A DNA stretch of 64,000 nucleotides from an uncultured Pseudomonadota bacterium (GTDB taxonomy: Bacteria > Oederibacteriota > Muellerivitia > Muellerivitales > Muellerivitaceae), in assembly GCA_963843375.1 (NCBI GenBank), contig CAWJKT010000014.1:160001-224000 (forward strand). Reading direction: 5' to 3'. Positions 1 through 8,084 of the stretch are shown here, piece after piece. The translations under genes and the position numbers were made by a program. Within the stretch, counting starts at the first letter, position 1. Every line of letters starts with the position of its first letter. The notes under the pieces are model-generated. The model saw only the letters and a program-made list of their open reading frames with translations, had not been told where the DNA came from and made no database searches.

Positions 1-2073
1 ACCCTCAACTTATCCTCAGGTTCAATCAACTTGTTGGCTGGCAATGGCAATGCCAGTGGTGGACAGCAAACCGGTGCCCTGGGAGGCACGGCCTATTTGG
101 CCGCTAACAGCGCCTCGATAAACGGATCTGTAATCCTCCAGGGAGGCAACGGTGGCAACGGTGGTTCAGGGCTCACGAATCCTTCGACCTCGGGCGGGAA
201 CGGCGGGATTGGCGGGGACGCTTTGGTAACCCTGGGCTCCCTTTCGATGGGCTCTTCGGGTTTACTGCAGGTCACGGCGGGCGCGGCGGGCCTGGGCGAG
301 GTTGACGGAACCAACGGGACTGCTGGCGATGCGACCATCATGATCGGATTCCTGGACGGGTCGGGAACTGTGACAATGAGTGGAAACATCCTTACGCTCC
401 AGGTGGATAACGGGTATTTCAGCGGGGTAATCGCGGGCAATGAGGGGCTGGAGGTCGGCGGAGGGGCGCTAACTTTAGCTGGCGCCAATACCTATAGTGG
501 CGGAACAACTTTGGAAAGCGGGGTCCTCGCCCTTTGGAACGACAACGCCCTAGGCACGGGCGGTTTGATGGTTACCAACGGAACCTTGGAAGTCGGGAAC
601 GGGTTGGCAGTTTCGATTGGGGGAAATTACACTCAATCGGCTGGAGCAACTCTTCAACTGAATTTGGGAGGCGTGTTATCGGGCAGTTCGGATGGCCTGA
701 GGGTGGCCAATACGGCTACTTTGGGCGGGGACTTGCAATTGGTTTCCGGCAATGGGGCCTTCTTCCAGGCCCATGGCCTGGAGACCTTCGAAATATTATC
801 GGCCGGTACGGCCGTGACTGGAACCTTCGCTGGGCTGGTGGAAGGAATATCTGCTAATTCGGTTTCGCTGGTTTACGAACCTAAGGAAGTATTGTTGGAG
901 TTGACGGGCCCGACTTTCCAGTCCTTGGGTTTGACCACAAACCAACAGGCGGTGGGCGGAGCCCTGGACGGCCTGAATAAGAGCGGGGCCAACCCGAACC
1001 TGTTGGGAGTCCTGGACACGATCGTGAACTCGTCACTACCGGGGGTCTATAACCAAATATCGCCCGCGGATTTGACGCCCTTGTATCAGATGGGCTTCGC
1101 TACTTCCCAGGCCGAGGCGGGGATGATAAACCAGCGGTTGTTCCAATTGTTCGGCAATCCGGCGTCCGAGTCCAGTGACGTTTCTTGGAACGGGGAAGGT
1201 CCTCGGTTCGCCGCCAATATGCCGCCTTCGCAGGAATCGGGAATGATCCAGGACCTTGAGCCCCAGCGCTGGAGCGCTTTTGTCAACGGCATGGGCAACT
1301 TCGGGACCGTCACCGGCGACTCGAACGCCCCGGGTTATCAATATTCAATCGGCGGCATGACCGCTGGATTGGATTACCGCTTCTCCAAAGATTTGGTTGG
1401 CGGGGTGTTGTTTGGTTACAGCCAATCGGGCACCAGCCAGTCTACCGGTACAGTGAATGCGACGGGCGGGCAGGTGGGCCTCTACGGAGGATGGAAACGA
1501 GATTCTCTTCACGTGGAAGCCCTAGCCGAAGGCGGTACCAATAATTACATCACCCAGAGAATAGCCTTGGGCGGTACCGCTGCGGGAAATACCCAGGGAG
1601 AGATGGTTTCGGGCCAACTGGGTGCCGGATACGATTTGAAAGTGGATCAAATGAAGGTCGGACCTTTTGTGTCGGGTCAGTACACCCATGTGAGCATCAA
1701 CGGCTTCAACGAAACGGGCTCCCTGGCGCCTTTGAGTTTCGAGGCACAAGGTGAAAGTTCTTTGACCAGCGACCTGGGGGCATCGACTAGCCGCAACTGG
1801 GATTTGGGCGGCGTCCGATTATCCCCGGCCCTCAGCGTGGCCTGGGAGCATGTGTACCAGGGTAACTTGGACAGCCTAGCGGCCAGTTTGGATGGCGGAG
1901 GGAACTTCACCGTCAGCGGACCTTCCACGGGAACCAATGCGGCGGTCATCGGGGCCGGTTTGAATCTGGGATTCGAAAAGGGCTTAAATGCCTTCGTCCA
2001 ATACCAGGGCAAGGTGGGCCTGGCCGATTACGCGGAACAAAACCTCTCGGGTGGTGTGAATATAGTATTTTAA
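1..2073 (+). CDS. Autotransporter (type Va), 5' end outside the window: Gly-rich passenger, passenger-associated repeat and C-terminal beta-barrel
   Basis: Frame is open from base 1. PATR-like motif GGGALTLAGANTYSGGTTLESGVL, then barrel motifs (GGMTAGLDYRF, VGPFVSGQY, GFNETG, AWEHVY) and terminal Phe. Confidence 0.92.
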   Translation, partial: TLNLSSGSINLLAGNGNASGGQQTGALGGTAYLAANSASINGSVILQGGNGGNGGSGLTNPSTSGGNGGIGGDALVTLGSLSMGSSGLLQVTAGAAGLGEVDGTNGTAGDATIMIGFLDGSGTVTMSGNILTLQVDNGYFSGVIAGNEGLEVGGGALTLAGANTYSGGTTLESGVLALWNDNALGTGGLMVTNGTLEVGNGLAVSIGGNYTQSAGATLQLNLGGVLSGSSDGLRVANTATLGGDLQLVSGNGAFFQAHGLETFEILSAGTAVTGTFAGLVEGISANSVSLVYEPKEVLLELTGPTFQSLGLTTNQQAVGGALDGLNKSGANPNLLGVLDTIVNSSLPGVYNQISPADLTPLYQMGFATSQAEAGMINQRLFQLFGNPASESSDVSWNGEGPRFAANMPPSQESGMIQDLEPQRWSAFVNGMGNFGTVTGDSNAPGYQYSIGGMTAGLDYRFSKDLVGGVLFGYSQSGTSQSTGTVNATGGQVGLYGGWKRDSLHVEALAEGGTNNYITQRIALGGTAAGNTQGEMVSGQLGAGYDLKVDQMKVGPFVSGQYTHVSINGFNETGSLAPLSFEAQGESSLTSDLGASTSRNWDLGGVRLSPALSVAWEHVYQGNLDSLAASLDGGGNFTVSGPSTGTNAAVIGAGLNLGFEKGLNAFVQYQGKVGLADYAEQNLSGGVNIVF

Positions 2074-2111
2074 AAGAACAAGGGTTTTATCAGCCAACCG
2101 ATTCCTAAGTT

Positions 2112-2146
2112 AAAAGGGCGGGGCCGAATGGCATCCGTCCTTTTTT
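2112..2146 (+). terminator. Rho-independent terminator after the autotransporter
   Basis: AAAAGGGCGG...CCGTCC-TTTTTT hairpin plus U-tract. Confidence 0.6.
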
Positions 2147-2231
2147 GTGAGTTCAAAGTTAAAATGTTTGTCCGCGACGGGGACCCATCGTGGACAGGTA
2201 AATTTGTTACGCTTCGGACGAAATGTACCGG

Positions 2232-2317
2232 GATTTCTTCCCCGTGGGGCAACCGAAAAGCCCTGAGAATACTCTGCCCTTTGTAACCCTGAATCTACGA
2301 TCTAACTTTGATCTAAC
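2232..2317. repeat. att-like site copy 1 (core GATTTCTTCCCCGTGGGGC + arm GATCTAACTTTGATCTAA)
   Basis: Same two-part motif at near-identical spacing at 3480-3563 and 13735-13817. Confidence 0.55.
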
Positions 2318-2358
2318 GACTTCAGCTGCTTCGATTGCGGCTCGGCCTCGGTCGCCAC

Positions 2359-2388
2359 TTGACAAAGTAATACATAAAGTAATACAAT
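2359..2388 (+). promoter_or_regulatory. Sigma70 promoter overlapped by a direct-repeat operator (GTAATACA x2)
   Basis: TTGACA 2359-2364, TACAAT 2383-2388 (18-bp spacer); GTAATACA at 2367 and 2379. Confidence 0.65.
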
Positions 2389-2572
2389 TTGAATATGGTA
2401 CCTTGAATCTAAGGTGCCTCCGGATAACAAAACCCGGTAGGCGAGTAGCCTTAATCAAATGGCCCCAAAACGCTTATTCAAATGCGTTATAGAGAGAAGC
2501 TGAACATGATCAAAAACTCATACCACCAGGTCGACGTGGCCTTGGGAGGTAGCACAAGGGCGGACACCCCAA

Positions 2573-2857
2573 ATGATAAATCCGAAGAAGCTGGTAGAAG
2601 TAGTTGCTTCTAAGTCGGTTGGCGGGAAACTTGAAAGATTAAAAGAGATAGATAAACCTAGATACGATTTTGTTAAAAAAGTCCTCCAGGACTTTAAAGA
2701 AAAGTACCCCATCGGTGACAAGGTACAACTTCATCCGGTTAATACCGACGGGACCAGGAATTTTGTGGCGGATAGCGGATATAACGTTACCTTCGCGGGC
2801 TGGGCGGAGGAACTTCCGAACAAACATTTGGTCCATATTGAAAAGCTCTTTTTTTAA
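2573..2857 (+). CDS. Small protein, possibly a divergent RelE/ParE-fold toxin
   Basis: 94 aa; beta-helix-helix-Pro-beta pattern; occupies the same position before an RHH gene as 4031-4306. Confidence 0.45.
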   Translation: MINPKKLVEVVASKSVGGKLERLKEIDKPRYDFVKKVLQDFKEKYPIGDKVQLHPVNTDGTRNFVADSGYNVTFAGWAEELPNKHLVHIEKLFF

Positions 2858-2934
2858 CCTCTTGGGGTGTCGAAAATCATTCTCCCTACCTGTTGTGGGT
2901 TGTTCTTATTTTCCATTTGTTAACTTGATAACGG

Positions 2935-2997
2935 TTGTTTAAGTATTACATTTAGTAATACAATTCAGTTGACGATGATTTAGAACATATGTATAGT
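2935..2997 (+). promoter_or_regulatory. Operator repeat (GTATTACA/GTAATACA) and promoter upstream of the RHH gene
   Basis: Repeats at 2943 and 2955 in the same geometry as 2359-2388; second promoter TTGACG 2969-2974 / TATAGT 2992-2997 with 17-bp spacer. Confidence 0.55.
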
Positions 2998-3063
2998 TTC
3001 GAAAATTTTGTTAAAAGTGGAGTGGAGGGAAGAAATTTAATTGGAAACAAGATGTGAAAGGAG

Positions 3064-3372
3064 ATGGTGGTTATGGCACAAGTTCTGCCTTACCGTCCGT
3101 CAATTGAAAAAGAAAAGCTCTTAGAGATAATCGTAAAAAAGTTGAAGTACAAAATGAACCGTTTCATTGATGATGCAGTAAAGGAAAAAATCGTTCGTGA
3201 AACTGTTCAAGAAAACGAGATTGAGAAATTGGGATTGGACATTGGTAAGTTCCTTTATGAAAGAAACAATTGGAAGATTTATGCTCCTGGATCCAAGCTC
3301 AATAGAGAGCTGGACGAAGCACGTAAGAAAGCAAAGAGTGGGAAGACTCGTTATAAAAAACTAGATCTTTGA
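3064..3372 (+). CDS. Ribbon-helix-helix DNA-binding protein, putative antitoxin
   Basis: N-terminal VLPYRP strand + MNRFIDDAVKEKI helix; paralog of 4309-4626; RBS AAGGAG. Confidence 0.65.
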   Translation: MVVMAQVLPYRPSIEKEKLLEIIVKKLKYKMNRFIDDAVKEKIVRETVQENEIEKLGLDIGKFLYERNNWKIYAPGSKLNRELDEARKKAKSGKTRYKKLDL

Positions 3373-3407
3373 AGAGATTTAGAAGTTAGCCTGCTTTAAA
3401 AGACGGA

Positions 3408-3443
3408 AAATGCCTGGATCGAAAGATCCGGGCATTTCTATTT
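3408..3443 (+). terminator. Hairpin terminator
   Basis: AAATGCCTGGATC-GAAA-GATCCGGGCATTT stem-loop. Confidence 0.65.
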
Positions 3444-3479
3444 AATCAATAAATTTAGGATAAAAGCATTCCATGTTGA

Positions 3480-3564
3480 GATCTCTTCCCGGTGGGGCTA
3501 CTAATTGTCTAAGTGGCCCAACGGGTTTGGCAACTTCCAGTTCTTGATCTTCTTTTGATCTAAC
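3480..3564. repeat. att-like site copy 2 (core GATCTCTTCCCGGTGGGGC + arm GATCTTCTTTTGATCTAA)
   Basis: The 18-bp arm is identical to 13800-13817; the core is 17/19 identical to copy 1. Confidence 0.55.
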
Positions 3565-3992
3565 CGACTAAGGTGTGACTTAATCAGTGGTGCAAAAGAT
3601 GAGGGCAGGTCAGGTAAATATTGTAGCTATTTAGTGTTTTTAGGGATCTTTATCATTCCAGTACTTGTTCTCGTATTTTTTCTGCGATGGACTTTAAAGT
3701 TTGTTTTCGATGAATAAAAGTAAAAATGATGTTTAAATTACATCCGCTTTTCTCTACATTTAGTCATTTTTCTTTCTCCCTTTTTTGTTTCATTTAAAAT
3801 AGGAACATTCTGAAATTCATCTATTGTTGGATTTTATGTTTAAAGGATCTTTATTTTTTTTCAGTAAGCATTGTGGATTTGAAGGAAGCGCACAGTAGAT
3901 GTCATCCAAGGGAGCGAGAAACAAGTTACTGATTGAATTCATTGTATTTCGGGTTATAGAATACGGCTGTATACCTTGGTTTGGCTTTAAAC

Positions 3993-4021
3993 TTGAAAAG
4001 TGATTACAAAATGATTACAAT
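3993..4021 (+). promoter_or_regulatory. Promoter with TGATTACA x2 operator upstream of the toxin-like gene
   Basis: TTGAAA 3993-3998, 17 bp, TACAAT 4016-4021; TGATTACA at 4001 and 4012; start codon only about 10 nt downstream (near-leaderless). Confidence 0.65.
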
Positions 4022-4030
4022 TATAGTGGC

Positions 4031-4306
4031 TTGAAATTGAATCCTTTGAGCTGGGAACCCAAGGCTTTAGCCGATTATAACAACCTTAAAAGAAAGCTAC
4101 CGCCTGTTAAAAGGGAACAGCTTGAGGAGCGGATTGATTGTTTAAAGGAATGGCCTCCCGCTAAGTGGTATGAGCTTCGGGATCAAGTGGATGGCACGAT
4201 CACCTTTCAAATGGAAACGGACCAATTTGCGATGATTTTAGGCCGGTTCGAGGATGGCGTTGTTTACATTACACATGTGGAACTCAGAACGAAAGGGAGG
4301 GGATAG
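4031..4306 (+). CDS. RelE/ParE-like toxin (divergent)
   Basis: LSWEPKALADYNNL...LEERIDCLKEWP...ILGRFEDGVVYITHV matches the RelE/ParE secondary-structure pattern; 2 bp upstream of the RHH gene. Confidence 0.6.
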   Translation: MKLNPLSWEPKALADYNNLKRKLPPVKREQLEERIDCLKEWPPAKWYELRDQVDGTITFQMETDQFAMILGRFEDGVVYITHVELRTKGRG

Positions 4307-4308
4307 TT

Positions 4309-4626
4309 ATGGCGAATACTTTTTCCTATCGTCCCAAAAACTATAGCGTTGAGCAGCTTAAAAAAATCGCCCAGAAACATCACACGAATTTAAACCGTTA
4401 TATTGAAGAAGCTGTTTCCGAAAAAATTCACCATGAAAAAAATGAGTCTGTGCAAGAACCGGCTGAACAACTTGCGAGAAAGATAACCAAGGTTGTTGTG
4501 GAACACCTTGGTGTTAAGTTATCCAGGCCGAATGCGGAAACTCATACCAAGATAAATAATAAGTTTGATGAAACAACAAGAAAGAAAAAATGGATATCGG
4601 ATGAGGATGCTCGTCCAGGTCGTTAA
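4309..4626 (+). CDS. Ribbon-helix-helix protein, putative antitoxin
   Basis: TFSYRP...LKKIAQKHHTNLNRYIEEAVSEKI (CopG/HicB-type RHH). Confidence 0.7.
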   Translation: MANTFSYRPKNYSVEQLKKIAQKHHTNLNRYIEEAVSEKIHHEKNESVQEPAEQLARKITKVVVEHLGVKLSRPNAETHTKINNKFDETTRKKKWISDEDARPGR

Positions 4627-4852
4627 TGAAGAAAAGGAGGAGAAGATAGCAGACGAGAATTTGAAAATTGAAAAAGGAGGCAGTAAAATATCTTTCGAAA
4701 TTGAGCGTGTTATTGCTAAACACGTCCCTTTGAAATTTGTTAAGGCGAATAGCAATGAGGCTGTGGAATTAGAAGAATCCATTAACCGTTCTAAGAAAAA
4801 GGGTGGATGGCTTTCGATCAAGGAATTAATGAAAAAACATCATATTCACTAA
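4565..4852 (+). CDS. Small protein resembling the C-terminal half of the RHH antitoxins, with no RHH domain
   Basis: KISFEIERVIAKHVPLKFVKANS...KKKGGWLS aligns by eye with QLARKITKVVVEHLGVKLSRPNA...RKKKWIS; the true start may be a later Met (about 4602-4608). Confidence 0.5.
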   Translation: MMKQQERKNGYRMRMLVQVVNEEKEEKIADENLKIEKGGSKISFEIERVIAKHVPLKFVKANSNEAVELEESINRSKKKGGWLSIKELMKKHHIH

Positions 4853-4982
4853 ACGCAATGTTTGGGATGGAGAAGCAAAGAAGGGCTAAAATTTGCTTTG
4901 CGAAAAGTTAGCGGAAATTGAACCCTATGAAGACAGAGTAATGTTTTCACGGGGTTTTTCTTTTTTGTCTGATCAACCTGTA

Positions 4983-5390
4983 GCCCACAACAGATTAGTC
5001 CAGGTGAGTTATCTCAACGGCCAACCTCTAGGGGTGGCCAACACCATCAATATGACCTATGACGGAATGGGCAGAAGGTCGAGCATCACGGAAATCGACG
5101 CTGGTGGGAACACCATTGCGGCCAAGACCTACGTGTGATGCGGGAAAACGCTATGCCAGGAGAGAGACAGTACAGGGACAGCGGTTATGAAGCAGTTCTT
5201 CAGCCGAGGGGAGAGGATAGGGACCAGTAATTACTACTACGCCAAGGACCACCTAGGGAGGATTAGAGAGTTAACGGATATCAACGGGACAGTACAGGCA
5301 ATCTACGACTATGATTCTTTTGGGAACCAGACAATTCTGTCTCAAAATATCCCGACGGATTTTGGTTATGTGGGATTCCATCATCAAATC
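4983..5390 (+). pseudogene. RHS/YD-repeat protein remnant
   Basis: NRLVQV, TYDGMGRR, YYYAKDHLG, YDYDSFG, DFGYVG motifs; in-frame TGA at 5136-5138 where Trp is expected (YV*CG); no N-terminus and no toxin tip. Confidence 0.8.
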
Positions 5391-6026
5391 TTCCAGGGAA
5401 TTTCGGGGAGCGTCACACTTTTCGACCGCCTTTTTGCCCTCTCTAGACCGTCACGCTATTGGACCGGCGTTTACAGTTGTTCACGACCGGTAAAATCAGC
5501 AGACACAATAAATAGCGAATTTGCACAGACACCCCTTTGGTGAAGTTTGAGAAATCATATGGTATTAATTCGCTGAGTAAAGAAAAAAGTTTCAGCAGTC
5601 AGAAGATGGGCTTATTTGATTGAATTAACGAGTTCACCGAGAAAAATAAAAACTTAATATTTATAAGCCGTGATATTCAAAGAAAAAGTCATTTCCCGTA
5701 TGTAGGCCGTCGAGCGACAATGCTTATTTGTTGGCCAAATTCGATTCGGAAACCATCTGGAGAATATCCGACGGCATTTTCAGGGAACCGGTCAAATCTT
5801 GTGAGATACCGTGAATTTGGGGAAGATGTCTAAAGTAGGATGTCGGACCGGAAATTCATGTGAATGTTAAAATTTTGGCGATTTTATCTTTTTGTCTCAA
5901 TTTCGATTTCTTGTGGGCCTGCCATCAAGAAGGTTGGTTTTGAAACTCGTATTATGGCCGACTTTTTCATTCTCGAATTATTTCATTGCCTTAATTCAAC
6001 TTTTGAATTCAACCCTAAGTAGGCGC

Positions 6027-6058
6027 TTGACACTGGAGTATACTCCAGTGTCTATACT
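6027..6058 (+). promoter_or_regulatory. MerR-type promoter/operator
   Basis: TTGACA 6027-6032, 20-bp spacer, TATACT 6053-6058; perfect 24-bp palindrome GACACTGGAGTA/TACTCCAGTGTC at 6029-6052. Confidence 0.9.
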
Positions 6059-6076
6059 TATAACTCGGATGAATAA

Positions 6077-6442
6077 ATGAAAACGGATAAAACAATATTT
6101 CGAATCGGGGAAGTTTCAAAGAAAAGCGGCGTGTCAATCGACACCGTCCGCTTTTATGAAAAGATAGGTTTGCTAAAAAAAGCTAACCGGAGCTTTGGGG
6201 GGTTCAGGACTTATTCACAGGTTGTGGTTGATCAATTGCTCTTCGTTCGCAAGGCGCAGGAGATGGGGCTAACGCTTAAAGAGATAAGAAAGATTATGTG
6301 TTGTGGCGATAAAGGTTTGGGGCCCTGCTGCGACCTGACGGTTGAAGTATTCACGGCGAAAATTAAAGAGTTTGAGGATAAAATCCGGGAAATTCAAAAA
6401 ATGAAAAAAATGTTAAAAACGGTTTTGGGTGATGGGTCGTAA
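6077..6442 (+). CDS. MerR-family metal(loid)-responsive regulator
   Basis: FRIGEVSKKSGVSIDTVRFYEKIGLL...GFRTY HTH; CCGDKGLGPCC cysteine cluster. Confidence 0.92.
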   Translation: MKTDKTIFRIGEVSKKSGVSIDTVRFYEKIGLLKKANRSFGGFRTYSQVVVDQLLFVRKAQEMGLTLKEIRKIMCCGDKGLGPCCDLTVEVFTAKIKEFEDKIREIQKMKKMLKTVLGDGS

Positions 6443-6497
6443 AGAAAAAGAAATTTCAATTTCACACATCTTCATTTGGCGGAAATCATTGAATTCA

Positions 6498-7181
6498 ATG
6501 AACGGTGTCCTGCTGAAAAAATCTTTAGCCGAAGTTATCGGAACTTTCACCCTCGTGTTCTGCGGGTGTGGAAGCATCATGGTGGCAGAGAGGTTCCCTG
6601 GAACCCTTTCCCATGCCTCCATATCGGTCATCTTCGGTCTTGCGGTTGCGGTCATGATCTATGCGGTGGGCCATATTTCGGGTGCCCATTTTAACCCAGG
6701 TGTCACCTTGGCCTTTGCCATCGCAAGGCATTTCCCATTCCGGGAAGTTCTGGTTTATTGGATGGCCCAGTTTTCAGGGGCGTTTGCGGCAATCGGTGTA
6801 TTAAAACTGATCCTTCCCCCCGGTAATTCATATGGGGCAACTTTTCCTTCCGTCCCGATGTTAGCGGCTTTGACTTGGGAAATCATCCTGACCTTTTTTC
6901 TCATGTTTGTGATCGTTGCTGTGGCAACGGATACAAGGGCAGTCGGCACTATGGCTGGAGCGGCCATTGGAGGGACTGTCATGTTGGCAGCTTGGGTAGG
7001 GGGACCGGTCACCGGGGCCTCCTTGAATCCCGCCCGGTCATTGGCTCCCGCGGTTTTTGAAGGAAGATTGGATGAAATGTGGATTTACCTTGTAGGCCCT
7101 TGCATAGGCGCAGTCCTGGCCGCATTATTTTATGAGACCATCCGAATGACACCTACAAACGAAAAAAACGACAAGGAGTAG
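6498..7181 (+). CDS. MIP-family channel (aquaglyceroporin, AqpS/NIP-like arsenite channel)
   Basis: [16 protein letters not shown] and GASLNPARS motifs; directly upstream of arsC; ORF could start at 6429. Confidence 0.92.
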   Translation: MNGVLLKKSLAEVIGTFTLVFCGCGSIMVAERFPGTLSHASISVIFGLAVAVMIYAVGHISGAHFNPGVTLAFAIARHFPFREVLVYWMAQFSGAFAAIGVLKLILPPGNSYGATFPSVPMLAALTWEIILTFFLMFVIVAVATDTRAVGTMAGAAIGGTVMLAAWVGGPVTGASLNPARSLAPAVFEGRLDEMWIYLVGPCIGAVLAALFYETIRMTPTNEKNDKE

Positions 7182-7185
7182 GTTC

Positions 7186-7587
7186 GTGAAAAGGATATTG
7201 TTCTTGTGCGTTGCAAATTCAGCCAGAAGCCAAATGGCTGAGGGGCTGGCCAAAAATCTTTTCGGTAATGATACCGTGATCCAAAGTGCTGGTTCCAGGC
7301 CTTCCGTAGTAAATCCAATTGCTATCAAGGTTATGGAGGAAATTGGCATAGATATTTCCAACCATCGTTCCAAATCTGTAGAAGAGATCGATCCAGCTTC
7401 GGTAGACACTGTTATTACGCTTTGTGCTGAAGAAGTTTGTCCTGTTTTCTTAGGAAAGGCGGAACGCCTTTATTGGCCATTGCCGGATCCAGGTCTTGGA
7501 AAAACTACTGATGAAGAGAAGCTCCAAAGTTTTAGGGAAGTTCGTGATGCGATTCTTGGTCGACTGAATAGCATCAAGTCGAGATAG
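7186..7587 (+). CDS. arsC: Thioredoxin-type arsenate reductase (LMW-PTP fold)
   Basis: P-loop [22 protein letters not shown] redox Cys pair, WPLPDP. Confidence 0.9.
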   Translation: MKRILFLCVANSARSQMAEGLAKNLFGNDTVIQSAGSRPSVVNPIAIKVMEEIGIDISNHRSKSVEEIDPASVDTVITLCAEEVCPVFLGKAERLYWPLPDPGLGKTTDEEKLQSFREVRDAILGRLNSIKSR

Positions 7588-8084
7588 GGCTAGAATTTAT
7601 CAATGGGTTGATTTCAACTAAATGCTTCAATGCGTATTAATTAAAAAAACTTTCACCATTGAGCATTTAAATTGCTATTGTTTTTAAAATTCGGTATCCA
7701 TGACTGGACGCGTCTATCAATGTTCGTTTTAATTTTATTAAGAGATAAGTTGGGTCGATTCTGTAATTTAATAAGTGGTGAAACCGATGGTTTCAGTTTA
7801 GTCCCTTATTGAACCAAACTAGGCAAGTGCAGAAAATTTGTCTTTTTTTGTCAGTTTTTTATTTCTTTTTCCTAATTTAATGTGAAACCGCTTTTTTAGA
7901 AGATTTCCACTGAAAAGTTAACTTTTACAATTGTTTATCGAGAAAATCGTTAAATTAAGCCAATTCAGAATAAGGCATCATTATTGCAACTAATTTAATT
8001 AAGTTTCATTTTAGAATTCCCTAAAATGGGTGATAAATAAGTCTTTGGAAACCCCTGGAATCGTTTTATGGGCAAAAGGTAAAG

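Noticed and set aside
2299..2360. ATCTAAC as an integron attC inverse core
   Set aside because: No matching GTTRRRY end or attC hairpin, and no intI in the window.
2412..2452. GCCTCCGG...CCGGTAGGC hairpin as a c-di-GMP-I riboswitch
   Set aside because: The conserved GNRA stem and GGGAC/GCAAA elements are missing; it is only a generic leader hairpin.
6440..6520. MerR frame continues past TAA to a CP motif (possible premature stop)
   Set aside because: The continuation overlaps the MIP start and lacks the paired Cys of a metal loop; worth only a read check.
7779..7795. Palindrome TGAAACC-GAT-GGTTTCA upstream of the expansin-like gene
   Set aside because: Single short palindrome in AT-rich DNA with no identifiable cognate regulator.
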